Made by a program: the position numbers and the translations under genes. This document shows positions 1 to 13,211 of a stretch of 64,000 nt of DNA, piece by piece. Positions within the stretch are counted from its first letter, which is position 1. Every line of letters begins with the position of its first letter. Location of the stretch: contig NC_091471.1 in assembly GCF_036971445.1 (NCBI RefSeq), positions 119,598,001 through 119,662,000 of the forward strand, in the 5' to 3' direction. The notes beneath the pieces are model-generated. The model was not told the origin of the DNA and made no database searches. It saw nothing but the letters and a program-made list of their open reading frames with translations. The stretch is from Narcine bancroftii. Its lineage: Eukaryota.

Positions 1-1040
1 GAGCCTCTGTACCACACTCTGAAACTGGTTCCTTGACTTACTCATCGGTAGATCACAGTCAGTATAAATTGGAGATAATGTCTCCTCCTCATTTATAACC
101 AACACAGGATGTGTGCTTAGTCCACTGCTCTACTCTCTCTACATCCACTATTGACTAACAAGGCACATTCAAATGCCATCTGCAATTTTTGCTGAAAAAA
201 CCAAAGTTGTAGGCAGAATTACAGATGGCAGTGAGGAAGTGCATAAGAGTGAGATAAATCAGCTTGTTGTGTGGTTTCACACAACAATAACTTTGCACTC
301 AATGTCAACAAAACTAAGGAAATAATTGTAAACTTCAGGAAGGGGAATCCGAAAATACACAAACCATTTGCCATAGAAGGAGTCAGCAGTGGAGAGGGTA
401 AAGAAATACAAATTCTTGGGCGTCAACATATCTGAAGATATATCCTGGGACCATCATATTGATGCAATTATGAAGAGGACTTATGAGCGGCTATATTTCA
501 TTTGGGGTTTGAGGAGATTTGGTATGTCACCAAAGACTCTTGCAAATTTCTACAGGAGTGCAGGGAACAAATTCTGACTGGTTGCATCATTATCTGGTCT
601 GGAGGTGTCAATGCACAAGACAGGAACAGGCTGCTGAAGGTTGTAAATGTTGCCAGCACCATCATGGCCTTAGCCTTCACTCCAATAAGGACATCTTTAA
701 GAGGCAGTGCCTCAACAATGCAGCTTCTACCATCAAAACCCTCACCACCCAGGCCAAGCTCTTTTCTCACTATTAACATCAGAAAGGAGGTACAGGAGCC
801 TGAAGACACACACCCAATGTTACAAAAAAACAACTTCTTCCCCTCCTCCATCAGATTTCTGAATAGACAATGAACTTATGGACACTAACTCATCTTTTTT
901 TTTTTCGCAATGGTTATTTAGTTTTTTTAAACAATCTTATATTTATGGGATTGTAATTTTGTATCTTGCCTGAACAATACTGGTGGAATGAAACAACAAA
1001 TTTTGTAACACATTTATGACAATAAACCTGATTCTGATTC
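1..1040 (+). mobile_element. Rex1/Babar-type LINE, decayed 3' part (RT C-terminus and 3' UTR)
   Basis: ORF fragments ERVKKYKFLGVNISEDISWDHHI and EQILTGCIIIW are typical of Rex1 RT; frameshifted; ends AATAAACCTGATTCTGATTC (ATTCTG tail). Homologous to 28200-29895. Confidence 0.9.
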
Positions 1041-1329
1041 ATTGCCCATCACAAGGCCAGCAAACTTAAATTGTCCTCATGCCCCCACTCCATTGTGTCT
1101 AAAGGTCTATTGCATGTCCTTTGAAGGTGGGAATCTGACTGCTTCTCACTGTGATTAATGTCATTGTAAATAACAGGCCTCTGGGAAATGAAATGTTCTC
1201 CCTCTGCGTCAGTAATTAAAATGTGCTTCACCTGAAAGAAATAAAAGGAGAAGCACATAACTTATTTTATAGAGTTATTCACAAGGCAAATATCCTCAGA
1301 CAATCATCCTCAAGTTGCAGCATGTAGAT

Positions 1330-2484
1330 TGATCGCTTCTCTGTATATGTGTGATGTTTGGTTGGGTGTTTGCATGTTTTGCACCAATGATTGGAGAACA
1401 TTGTTTCATCGGGTTGTACTAGTACTGTGATGGATGATGCTATATTTTACATTGTATATAGATATGTTTTAAAGGAGATGAATTGTGGCAGGAATTTTAG
1501 TTTAGATCACATACAAACACTTCAAAATTTATCTCATTTAAAATGCCAGGGCTCCGCTCAAGCCAGACAGTCCAGGCTCTACGTGCCTTTGCAAAAGCTT
1601 TGAAGAATGCCTATAAGGACTTCACAAGTAGGTGTTAATTGGACATGCTATGGAGTAATGGATTATTGTTTTGTAAAGCAACAGATGAAGATTAGATCCA
1701 GTGCCACAGTCTGTCTGAATGCAGTTTGCTGTTCTAGGAAGTTCATGTGGTTTTGCAAGTAAAGAGAGTTAAACAGGCTTTTCTCTGAGGGGGTGGGGGG
1801 AAGAGAAAGAGATTTCAGTTCTACAGCAGCAGCAGGGACTGGAACATGATAAGCTTGTTGGAAAAACCCCATTTGGAAGACGGGTTGTAAGTTCTTAGCT
1901 CACCCTGTTGAAAGCCCTTGTGGTCCATACAAGAAGAGATGGATGGCTGTATAATGTTTCACTTCAAGTAAGGGAAACAAAAAAGGAACTCTGTGGTGAC
2001 CTGAATGAAAGAGGTTATCAACTTGAAAACCCTGATGGGGGAAGTTTATTCCGCAAGACACTGAAGTGGCTGATCAGAAGGAATCAGCTTGCATCCAATG
2101 AGCAACAAGTCTCTCTCTGAAAACTGACAAGAACCTTCCTGAGCGGTAACCATTTATCTTTCAAGCACCAAAGCCTGGTGAAGAGTCATAAATGTTAAAT
2201 TCTGTGCACAGTATAAGAATCGCCTGCAGCCAATGAGAAGTGAGATTGGACTGTGAATCAAAGAACTTTTCTGAACTTATTACATATAAGTGCGCTTAAA
2301 ATTAGAAGGGTGTTAAGTTAGGTTAAGTTAATAGTAATAAGTTAAAGTTTGATCCTGTTTTTATGTTTAAAGATAATTAAAAATAACTTTTGTTTCAGTA
2401 ACCATTTGTCTTGGTGAATTTATGGTTTTGTGATCCTCTTGGCCCATAACAGAACAATTGGATAATAATAAAGTTGAACTTGAA
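1330..2484 (+). mobile_element. Short LINE/SINE 3' tail split by a solo LTR
   Basis: ...GGGTTGTACTAGTAC (to 1425) resumes after the LTR as AATTGGATAATAATAAAGTTGAACTTGAA, a polyA signal plus short tandem tail. Confidence 0.55.
1426..2451 (+). mobile_element. Solo LTR (~1.03 kb), probably Gypsy
   Basis: Termini TGTGATGG...CCATAACA (TG..CA, imperfect inverted repeat); flanks GTAC/GAAC fit a 4-bp TSD with one mismatch; interrupts a retroelement tail; no coding capacity. Confidence 0.75.
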
Positions 2485-3559
2485 GTAATTCCTCCCTGTT
2501 TCTCAATATTATCCAGCTTTCACTTTTCCCACAATCTTTCCTGCGAGAGACAGTGGATCCACCAAAAGCATGTGGCATAAATTTAAAGAATTACACACAT
2601 TTCTGACTCTCATTTGTTAATTGAAACCTACTGAAGAAATCCGCAGCACAGCAGGATCTAATTGAAGGATTGCCCTGATGGAGAACCATGACAGTCAATC
2701 TCATAGACTCTGTCTGTTTCGCTTGTCAAAATATTTCACTGTTTATCCTTGCAAGAAAGGATTCAACTTTTAATGCTTCCTCAGTGTGTTGTATGAAAAT
2801 GATTGCACCATGTCAATTTTTGAATCTCACAGAGCTACATAACACTTTGGATGAATGTTTAATGGACGTACATTAAATTTTCCACATACTGCAAATATTT
2901 TATAGAATGTCAGATTGTTCTAAACTTCATCTTTTGTATAACCTTCCAGAATTTCACTTCAAAGATGTCTTGAATTATATTTTATTCCATTACCAAATTC
3001 ATATAAGTATTAATCAGTTAATTATGTTTTTTAAATATAATTTGGAGGAGTAAAATCATGCAAATAACGTATAATGAGTTGCATAATGCAGTAAACTATT
3101 TGATCCTGCTGTAGTCTGGTTGACTAAAAGTGCTCTGAACTGATGTCATTGATATACCTTTGCAACTTTATATCAATGTCTATCCTTTCACTGAGATCAC
3201 ATCCTGTGCTATAATTTACCAATGTACATTAACACAATCCCTCACAAAACTGAAATGACAAGTAGGGCAAATGTATTATTTTAATATTTCTCTCAACAAA
3301 GAAAACATGCCACAGAATTTATTTAATTTTTTTAAACATCCAACTTGGAGGTAAAAGTCTGATTTAAAATTATAATAATATCAATTTAGAAATATGCATT
3401 TTTTGCAATAAATATTACATTATAAGTACTTTAATTACATATTAGACAAAAGACAATTGTCTTAGAAGTGCTAAATGGTTTTTGACATGAATAAATAAAT
3501 CCCATTTTTTGTATATTTTACTATAATTATGTTTCAGAATTTATAGAAAATTAGGCTCA

Positions 3560-4760
3560 TGAGAAGGAATAAGCCATTCATTGAGATCACGGTTTACCTC
3601 CATAATGGCTTCAGCCACTTTGATGAAATCTATTTCATCATCTACATTTGCAAACATTTATCAATTTCAGATTTTAATTTTCCATGTTAGTCAAAAAATG
3701 CATGTTTATATGTGAGACAGCCATACTTTCACATGCTTTGCATTCCTTCTTTAATGGCTTGCGCTTATAGGATAAATAGTCTAAAATCATCTCTCATGGA
3801 CTCGCCAAACAATGGAACTTTTTTTCATCTCTTATCAAGATTTTATAAACTTCAATATCATTATCCTTTGCTTTTTATATTCAAGATAATTAAAGTTTAT
3901 GTAATCTCTAGTCATAGACTATTCTAGGAAACAGGTAACTTACTGCTGAATTGGCACTGGACTCATTCCAAAGTCAGTATATTCATTCTCAGATGTAGTG
4001 CATGGAGCTGCATAAATCAGCCAAGCAGCTCTCCAAACAGGGTTCAGTGTAACGTTAGACAAATTTTATTTCCTTTATGCTGATGCCCTCTGCATGATAA
4101 TGCACAGATTCAATTAGGTTAGACCTTTCAATGATCTTATCTGCTTGATAAATCACTGTTTTAGTCATCTACATTTATGGATCCCCAAACATCTCTAGAC
4201 TCCATATTCCAAGCTTTTCATAATTAATATTTAAATTAATTCTTTTTGTTCCAAAATGAAAGACCACACAGATATGTATGCTGAAATCTGTCACATTCCC
4301 ATTCAGTAAATTAGGGTTTTATTTTTGGTAATTTCATAGATCCTAACACACCAGATAGTACTCACTGATCCATTGATCATGAGCAGAATTTTATATCACA
4401 AACAGATGCACCAAATCATTGATATCCTAGCATGCATAAGTGTCGGACATTTTCAATCACTTATTTCAATTCTGAATACATTTGTCTTCTATTCCCAAAA
4501 TCTAGACTCGAACAAAAGTTTGCCTTCGCTTCCAAGTAAGTTGGATTGTACCTAATGTTTTCTGAACCATTACATCTGGAAGCTCACAAAATTCATCATG
4601 CCTCCTACTTTAATTCAGTGAGGCTTGTTCGACATGAATCATCCTTTACAAATGCATGTTGGCTTCCTCTCAGTCAGCTGAAATTCCTCTTAAATCCTCA
4701 GTCCCTAATTACAGATTGTACTAACTGCCAACAACAAATATTTGATTAACAGGTTTCCAA
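3560..4760 (-). mobile_element. Very old, decayed CR1-like LINE remnant
   Basis: Patchy resemblance to the minus-strand CR1 3' region elsewhere in the window; no ORF retained. Confidence 0.3.
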
Positions 4761-5929
4761 TTTTCCATCTTGGGTTGTCAGTTCAGCCTTTGAAAATGCT
4801 GTCACTCTTGAACTTCTGTGCATTTACTAACCAATGTGGAGGACATCAACCTCCTGCCAGATTAGAAAGGCCACATGAAGTTCAAAAGCAGAGCTGGGCC
4901 TTGCTGCAGTTCCCCAGCATTAACAGAATTGTTACATGAACCCTGAACCAGGACCTGGGACCCAATTAATTTTAATGGGATTGCAGGGCAATTAGGAGGA
5001 AATGGAGCACTTTAGTTGTGCTTTTCAATTAGTTTGATTTACAAAAAAATATTTTTTAATACTGACAAGTAGCGATGTGTTTTCAAGAATTTCATTTTAA
5101 ATCACTATTTTGTTGAATTTAAGCAAAGCTCGTCAAAGTCAATGCAAGCTGTCAAAGGCTATCAGTATGTTACTGGGGTAGAGCCTCCACATTTGTGCTT
5201 CTGGAGACTCTGTTACAGCTGAGGGTGTTCTACTGGGCTCTAGGAAGTGTGGTGGGTTGCATGGTGTGTCATCTGCATTTGGATCAGGTAAGTGAAGGCT
5301 TGGGCAGACAGTGTTGGCTTAAAGAAATGTCTTCTTGTTTCTCCAGTAAACTTCGTTACAAATGAAAGTCCAAGCTCCAATTAAAGTTAACCACATTCTC
5401 TTTATTTTTTTTTGCTATCTCACATCCATCAGAGTAATCATTTCAATGGTGAATGGAATGTTTTGACATCTTGTGGAAACAATTTTTAGTTAACTGCACT
5501 GAGATGGACCGGTGTTGCCAGGAAGTACTGAACAAAATAAGATAGCAGGGTATCAATGTATGATTGCCAATAAGAAACAAGCACAATGTTGAATTTTCTG
5601 TATGATCAACAATTATCAGATGTGGCAGGCCATCAGCCTGAACAATATTAGCATTGTACCAGATGAGATGGCTGGAAGAATACAAGGGAAATGTTTGGCC
5701 AGATTTGCTTGTGCCAATAACAGCTGGTCAAATGTCACCAGCGGCAGCCATGGGTGACCATAAATTGATCCAAACAAAACTTCTATTTATGCAAATAAAT
5801 ACCAACTAAGCTGGATTTGATGCAATTAATTAGATTAAATGATGTCAAGGAGCTTTATTTTTGAATGAATTAGCCATGTGCAAATCCCAGCACAAGGCTA
5901 CCATCAACATACAGGTGGCAGAATTAGGA

Positions 5930-6030
5930 AGTTAAACACAATATGCTGGAGGAACCCAGTGGATCAGGCACCATCAATGGAAGAAAAAGAATGGTCAATG
6001 TATGAGCTAAAACCCTTCATCAAAACTAGT
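5930..6030. mobile_element. Penelope-like terminal-repeat remnant
   Basis: ATGCTGGAGGAACCCAGTGGATCAGGCA...AACCCTTCATCA resembles the motifs at 13215, 22900, 24728 and 61473. Confidence 0.55.
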
Positions 6031-7134
6031 GGGGGAAGGGGGGGGAACTCCACAATAGCACAAACCTCACACCTACATGACAATATCGATTATTGTTGTG
6101 TAAATTGTCTGAATTACATTAAATCATTCAATTAGCATTTTGCTAATGACCGTTAAGAGTCACAGGCTTACTGCTTGGAAGATGTATACAGTCATTGAAA
6201 CAAGGCCTGTCTGGTACAAATACATTTTAGAATGAGAGAAATAAACTAATTATCTTAAATGGTAAAATCGTAAATGTAATAGAAGAGCAAAAGGAATCCA
6301 TTCAATATGCTGATGTCTCACTGCCAATATGCACACTCCTCTGCAAAAAGTGGTGGATGTAAACTACTCAGTTACTTTTCATCATCTAAGCTTGAATCCA
6401 TATTTGTGGTTACAAAGTATGTTATTAATATCATCAATTTGCTAAATTCTGTTTATTTATATTCCTTATAACCTCATAAACCTTAACAAGAGCCTGCAGA
6501 GCCTTCTTTTCTCCAATGTAAATATTTGGGGTTCACTGAGTGCCAGCTGTTTCGGAAACGATGAAGGTGTGATGAAACTCTTTTAGCAGTTTATGCATCG
6601 AGTGGTCAATCAGAGGACCACTCCATTTTTTTTAGAAAGCTTTTCCTAAAGTTCCCATTCTAAATACATCAAGTGCTCAGTAGAAAATGACAAGGATTAT
6701 AAGTACATCTTGTAAATTTTGTTTTCTGATCCAAGCAATGCAGTGGCTTTAGCATATTAACAGTCTGGTCATTTCAGGAATGGAGCAGCCATATTGTTTT
6801 TATGGGAATGGGAGATAGCAACCAGTCATTGATTTATTGGCTCCAATATGTCTACTACATCCCGTATTAATTTTAAATAATAATGGCACAAATAATTTCT
6901 ATGCTATATTTAATTATTTAATGCTTTATGACATTTGCAATAATGATAGGGAGCTTATATTTGGCAAAATGACTATTTCAGAGTGACTCAAGCTTCACAA
7001 ACTATTTAGCTCAGGGCAGCAAGGCAATAAACAAGTCAAGGGAGAAAAATTAAATCCTCGCACAAGTTGGAATGGTTGTGGGGAATGGGAGTTGGGTTCA
7101 GGTCCAGCATTTTGAATGATGAGTAACAGAGCGT

Positions 7135-7370
7135 AGCCTCAAAGAGCAGCATTTCCTCCTGCTGCCTCACAGCTCCAAGGACCAAAGCTCAACACTCATG
7201 CTGGCTATGCAAAGTCTGCACATTCTCTCCATGAGGTTAACTCATCACTGAACATTACCTCTTCAAAGTGTTAAGGGATAAAGAGAGAGTAAATTGCAGG
7301 GGTGCGAGAAAATAGAAAAGGGAAGAAGTGAGACTAATGTGGTTTCTCTCTAGGGAGCCAGTATGGACCT
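7135..7370 (+). mobile_element. Decayed tRNA-derived SINE
   Basis: CTGCTGCCTCACAGCTCCAAGGACC...CTGCACATTCTCTCCATG resembles a V-SINE head and core. Confidence 0.45.
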
Positions 7371-7904
7371 GGTGATGATGAACATGGATTGAGGAAGGTC
7401 ATATTTGACAAATTTACTGGAGTTCTTTGAGGAATAAAGGGCAATGGAATTCAGAAGGTGTTCAATAATGTGCCTCATGAAAGATTTATATAGAAGACAA
7501 AAATAGATGGAGTTGAGGGTAAAATATTACTATTGATAGAAGACTGTTTGACCAATAGAAGGCAGAGAGTTGGCATAAATGTATACTTCTCTGGTTGACA
7601 AACAGCAGTGAGTGGAGTGCCAGAGGTCAGTGCTTGGTCCTTAGCATGTAATTTATTAATGATCTGGAAGAGGGGACAAGGAAAGGCATGTCTAAGTTTG
7701 CTGAAGATACTAATCTGAGTGGAAAATGAAAGTGTGCAGATGATGCAGAGAGATATTGATTAGTTAAGTGTGTGGGCAAGATTCTGACAGATAGAGTACA
7801 TAGTTGATAAATGTGAGGTCATCTACTTTGGAAGAAAGAAAAGATAAGGTCAGATTATTCTTTAAATGGTTAAAGATTGCAGTATGCAGTTGTGCAAAGG
7901 AACT

Positions 7905-8145
7905 TTTAAAAAAAAATTACGGCACAATAGAAGCTGTTTCCAACCATTTAATCCCGTGCCAAAAAATTACATCCAAATTAAACCTCAACCCTGCACATTT
8001 TGAAGGGTGGGACGAAACCAGAGTAACCGGGAAAAACCCACTCAGGCATGGGAGAACGTACAAATCCTTATAGGCTGCACCAGATTTGATCCCGGGTTGC
8101 TAGAGCTGTGATTGCATCACACTAACCACTACAGTAACCATGCCC
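7905..8145 (-). mobile_element. V-SINE (HE1-like, tRNA-derived)
   Basis: Minus strand has a tRNA-like head with B-box-like GGATCAAATC and V-domain GATTTGTACGTTCTCCCATGCCTGAGTGGGTTTTTCCCGG; homologous to 28030-28195. Confidence 0.8.
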
Positions 8146-8371
8146 TCCTTGCTTGGATCACAGAAGGTTGGCTTGCAGCTGCGGCAGATAACCAAGAAAG
8201 AAAATGGAATGATGGCTAGAGGGTTGAGTTAAAGAGCAGGGAGTTTCTGATGCACAGGTGAAGCCACACATTGTGTACTGTGTGTCATTCTGGTCCCATA
8301 TTTGCAAAAAAATATACTGGGTTTAGAGGCTCTGTGGGAGGTTCATCAGGTTGTTCAGATTTCAGATTTAT

Positions 8372-9135
8372 GGTCATATTACATAGCTGATGTCACATAC
8401 AACCTCAAATTCCTTTTCCGGCAGGCCAGGCAGAATTACCACTTACTGGTAGTGCAAAACAATGTGCCCAACCTACACATGTAAACAAAAAACTGTAAAC
8501 AAACTGAATGCCCAATACCAAAAGGAAAAAAAAACAATAAATCGCAAAAGTTACAATCCTTAAATCAATCTTTGATTGAGTTTATTGTTGAGGAGTCCGA
8601 TAGAGGAGTGGTGGTAGCTGGTGAAGTGAGTCTTGTGGTGCCTATATCATTTTTCCTAATGACAGCAGAGAAAACAGAGCATGCACTGGGTGGTGTAGAT
8701 CCCTGATGATTGATGTTGCACTCCGATGGCAGCATTCCCTGTGAATATTCTCGATGGTGGGGAGAGGTTTTGCCTGTGATGTCCTGGGCTGTGTCCACTA
8801 CATTTTTCTGGGCTTTATGCTCAGGGGTATTGGTGTCCCCATCTCAGACCATGATACAGCTAGTCAGCATGCTTTCCACACACATATTTAGAAATTTGCC
8901 AGGGTTTCCAATACCATATCAAACCTCTGCAAACTCCTGATTTCTTCACCATGCCATTTATGTTGGGTCGAGGAAAGATCATCCGAGATACTGACTCCCA
9001 AGAAATTAAAATTTCTCACCCTCTCCTCGTCTGATCCCCGCAATGATCTCTGGATCGTATATCTCTGATTTTACTTTCCTGAAGTCAACTATCATCTCCT
9101 TAGTTTTGGTAACAATGAATGCGAGGTTGTTGTTG
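8372..9135 (-). mobile_element. Rex1/Babar LINE, 5'-truncated
   Basis: Minus-strand RT C-terminal remnants and (ATCTGAA)n tail; same subfamily as 49395-51390 and 59640-59960. Confidence 0.85.
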
Positions 9136-9481
9136 CTGATTCCAGAGATGATGTGGTTATACCCATTAGAATTCACAGAAGAATGTAAGAGGATCTTACA
9201 GAAATAGGTAAAATTACGAAAGGAAGATGTCCACTGGTAGGTGAGACTAGAACTAGGGTTCTAGCCTTAAGATTCAGAGGATGGGAATGAGGAGGATTGC
9301 TTTTCCCACAGAGCAGTGAAATTGTGGAATTTTTTTCACCAGTAAGAATTAAAGGATGCCTCATTAAGTATGTTAAAGATCAAGTGAGATTTTTGCATAA
9401 GGCTTTTCGGGGAAGGCATGGAGGTGAATTTGATTCCACAGCCAGATCAACCAAGCTTAGTCCTTTTTCGATATTTTATGC

Positions 9482-10490
9482 TAGAACCAGAAAACTGTAG
9501 CACAGAAACAGGTTTCTGTTGGCCCACCCAGTCCATGCCAACCTATTTACCACACATGCTGGCATATAGGATGACTCATGTATAAGATGACCCCCCTGAA
9601 TTTCCACCTAAAAGGCAGATTTTGAGCTACACTCATTGTATAAGACTACCAAATCTGGCACTTACCGGTGAGCAGTGGAGTGCTGCTGCTAGGCACATTT
9701 AATATATCGTACATCCATAGATTCTTGCCCAAATTCTGGCCACACACCATCCAAGCTCACGACACCTCGAACACGGACTTAACACTCATCCCAACCACCC
9801 ACCTAAGCTCCTGATGTCCGAAGCAATGCCGGTACTTACGTGATCACAAGTAGTATGTGTGTAATAGTTGACCTTCTAAATTTTACCCTAAAAATTGGTC
9901 CACAAAATTCAACTATTACATTTGTATATACAATTCACAATTTTAAAAAGCAAATTACACAGTAAAGGTGCAAATTTTATTAGCATATTTTAAAATAAAC
10001 CACCATTGGCTCCTTTAACATGCCAAATAGAGCCTGTACAGAGCCCAAGGCAGTCAGTGTGGGCTAATGGACCCCTGGGGATGTGCCAAAGCTTTGCTGT
10101 GAAGGTTCAGATTTTATACTTGATGTAAAAATTACCTCTGGTTTCTGGGTGACGTGTTTAACATTCAAGGACCGTCTTAAATGCCATATATGATATTCCA
10201 TTTACTCCCATAAACCTGCAGCTAGACCATAGCCCTCCCATCCATGCACTTACCCAATCTTCTCAAATGTCAAAAAAAGAAGCTGCATCCATTACTTCTG
10301 CTAGCAGCTCGTTCCACACATTCACCACCCTAAGTGAAGAACTTCCTCCTGATATCCCACTTAAACATTTAATCTTTCGCCCTTAATCTATATCCTCAAG
10401 TTCTTGTCTCCCCCAACCTCAGAGGAAAATGTCTGTTTGCACTTACTCTATCTAGACACCTCACAATTGCGTAAAACTCTTATCAAAATT
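9482..10490 (-). mobile_element. CR1 3' end interrupted by a DNA transposon
   Basis: CR1 tail at 9482-9549 joins seamlessly to 10196 onward when 9550-10195 is removed; compare the intact tail at 40770-40870. Confidence 0.75.
9550..10193. mobile_element. Non-autonomous Tc1/mariner-pogo (Tc2/Tigger-like) element with an internal end at ~9934
   Basis: TA flanks at 9548-49 and 10194-95; left end CCACACATGCTGGCATATAGGATGAC and right end GTCTTAAATGCCATATATGA are CpG-decayed inverted repeats; extra TIR-like TATTACATTTGTATATACA at ~9914-9932. Confidence 0.65.
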
Positions 10491-10494
10491 GTAT

Positions 10495-10690
10495 TGACTG
10501 CCGATTCCCTATCCTTCTCTAATGGTCACTCGACCATCTATCTCCTGCCTTTTAGGTGTGACTTCCTCCCTGTAACTCCCATCTATCACCCCCTTGCCTC
10601 CCAAATGATCTGAAGTTCATCAGCTCCGGTTCCAGTTTCCTAACATTGGTTTGTATTGAGCTATAGCTCGATTAACTTCTTGCAATGTTT
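10495..10690 (-). mobile_element. CR1 ORF1-region fragment
   Basis: Similar to 22245-22420 of the near-full-length CR1. Confidence 0.6.
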
Positions 10691-11734
10691 TTGTGTTCTT
10701 ATTAAATAATGGAGCAGGCTCAATGGGGAGAATGTCTGCACTCCTAATGTAGAGATCCATAAGCTCCACTACTTAGCTAAAGGGAAGGTCAGATACACCT
10801 GTGGAACAGCTCCATCATTCAATTCCATTCAGCAGTGTTTTGCTTTTTCCAATCAAAAGCACCTTTCAGGCATGGGCTGACCTCCATATGACATGGTCAA
10901 ATCCAGCAAGATTAAGAGCTAGCCAATGCCTCAAACATGTTGTTCATCTAATTTTTATCTGAATTCTGCAACACAAAAACATTAGTACTTTTTTTTCCTC
11001 TCATATTCTTTGGTTTCTTTCCAGTATTCCTATTGTCATTTCCTTTCACTGTTTTATAAATGTTAGTTTCTAATTTGTGTATGACTGAATGTTATTTTTT
11101 TATAAACAATGCCTAAAAATACAATTCTGTTTAGTGACATGATTGAAATACCATTTTTTTTACCCCCAGAGTGAAAACATTGAAGAGGCACGATGAATCA
11201 GTCACTAGAGCAACATTGTGGCCCGAAGGGCCAGTACTGTGCACTAACATTCTATTTAACATTCACTGTACTTGCACACTAACTTTCAACACACCAAAGC
11301 CCTCCACTTTTCAAATATCTGCAATCTCCTGGCATTTAAATAGTGCACCAGATGCACTTAGTTCTACAGCCTTTCAACTTTATATCAGGGATAGATGATG
11401 TCTGAATGGTGACCACATTTATTTGAAAGAGGTTGTAGTCTATATGGCAAATGATAAATCCAAATACGTGGAAGTATTATTGTACTTTATTCGTCTCATT
11501 TTACTTTAATATATTTAATGTCTGTGAGTAGTTTAATCTGTGCTAAACAGTTTAAAATTTTTTTTTAAATGTAATTGAATATTTTATGTATCATCTAATA
11601 TAGATAAAATAACATCAGAAGTTGTCAAAAGCCATCAGTGACCTAGGAATGACCTCTGCATAAACTGCACAAGGACTGCTCATTACTCAGAGCTTGTTCT
11701 ATCTCAGAAGATGCCTCCCAGATGGATACCATCC

Positions 11735-12790
11735 TATATAACCATATAACAATTACAGCATGGAAACAGGTGATCTTGGCCCTTCTAGTCCGCACTGAAC
11801 CAAAAACTCTCCTCTAGTCCCACCTACCTGCACCCTGCCCATAACCCTCCCATCCAATTTTTCCTTAAATGACAAAATGGACCCTCCTGCCACTACTTCT
11901 CCCAGAAGCTCATTCCATACAGCCCCCACTCTCTGAGTGAACAAGTTCCCTCTCATGCTACTGCTAAACTTTTACTCCTTAACTCATGACTTCTTATTTC
12001 ACTCTATCCTATCCTCAGGGGAAAAAGCCTATCTAATTCAACTCTATCTATCCCCCTCATAATCTTAAATATATCTATCAAATCCCCTCTCAACCTTCTA
12101 TGCTCCAAAGAATAAAGACCTAATCTGTTCAATCTTTCTTTGTAATCTAGATTCTGAAACCCAGGTAACATTTTTGTAAATCTTCTCTGCACTCTTTCTA
12201 GTTTGTTGATATCCTTCCAATAATTTGATGACCAGAACTGTACACAGTATTCCAAATTTGGCCTCACCAATACCATGAACAATCTCAACATCACCTCCCA
12301 ACTCCTGAATTCTATGCTTTGATTTATAAAGGCCAGTATAGTAAAAGCCTTCTTCACCACCCTATTCACATGAGATTCTTGCTTCAGGGAACAATTAAAC
12401 ATTATTCCTAGATCTTTCTGCTCTACTGCATTCTTCAATGCCCTCCCATTTAAGTATGTCCTGTTTTGATTATTCCTTCTAAATTAAAGCACTTCATACT
12501 TCTCAGCATTAAACTCTATCTGTCATCTTTCAGCCCACTCTTTTAAACAATCCAAATCCTTTTTGCAATCTTTGAAAACCTTCTTTATTATCCACAATTC
12601 CACCTATTTTAGCATCATCCACACATTTACTAATCCAATTTACTACCCCATCATCCAGATTATTAATGTAAATGACAAACAGCAAGGTACCCAATACAGA
12701 ACCCTGAGGCTTGTAACCAGCCTCCAGCCTAACAAACAGTTAGTCTCTGGCATCTCCCTTCCAGCCACTGTTGAATCCATTTGATTACCT
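11735..12790 (-). mobile_element. CR1 LINE, 5'-truncated (RT C-terminus and tail)
   Basis: ORF 12004-12438 ...LVRPNLEYCVQFWS...LERVQRRFTKMLPG...RRLRGDLI; ORF 11753-11956 FTQRVGAVWNEL; (TTATATGG)n tail. Confidence 0.95.
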
Positions 12791-13055
12791 CTTCTGATAA
12801 AGACAGATCTATTCATTCTTACACGTAAAAATGAAAAAATATGTATTGAGATAAAGAATGTGTTTATATAGTAAAGTTTATGATTCCAATATTACAGTTT
12901 TGTGCCACTAATTAAAGTGTGGGTTCTGTGATACCATAGAGAAGGAAATGATTATTTCATCCGGCTGTACCAGAAAATGAATGAGAAAAATAAAAAAGAA
13001 ACATGAACCTCAATGTTAAACAATTTCAACATCCTGGTTCTCTGGTTTTAAAAAA

Positions 13056-13057
<2 letters not shown>

Positions 13058-13110
<53 letters not shown>
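13058..13110. repeat. (GT)n microsatellite
   Basis: About 26 perfect GT units. Confidence 0.99.
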
Positions 13111-13111
<1 letters not shown>

Positions 13112-13211
13112 TGGTGGAGGGGTGGGAGGGGGGGGCTGTACTATTCTGCCCACCAGGGCAATGCAATTAATTGTGTGGAACATGAAAGTGTTCAGACACT
13201 GCTACTGTCGT

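Larger units (their letters stand above)
7375..9450 (+). mobile_element. Old CR1 LINE RT/3' end, split by a SINE and a Rex1 insertion
   Basis: CR1 RT motifs (NLLEFFE, TSGVPQG-like GAGTGGAGTGCCAG, SKFAEDT) at 7375-7900, 8150-8370 and 9135-9450. Confidence 0.8.

Noticed and set aside
6600-6633. Hairpin GAGTGGTC/GACCACTC followed by a T-run (intrinsic terminator-like)
   Set aside because: An 8-bp stem can arise by chance; there is no bacterial context and no Pol III promoter was seen upstream.
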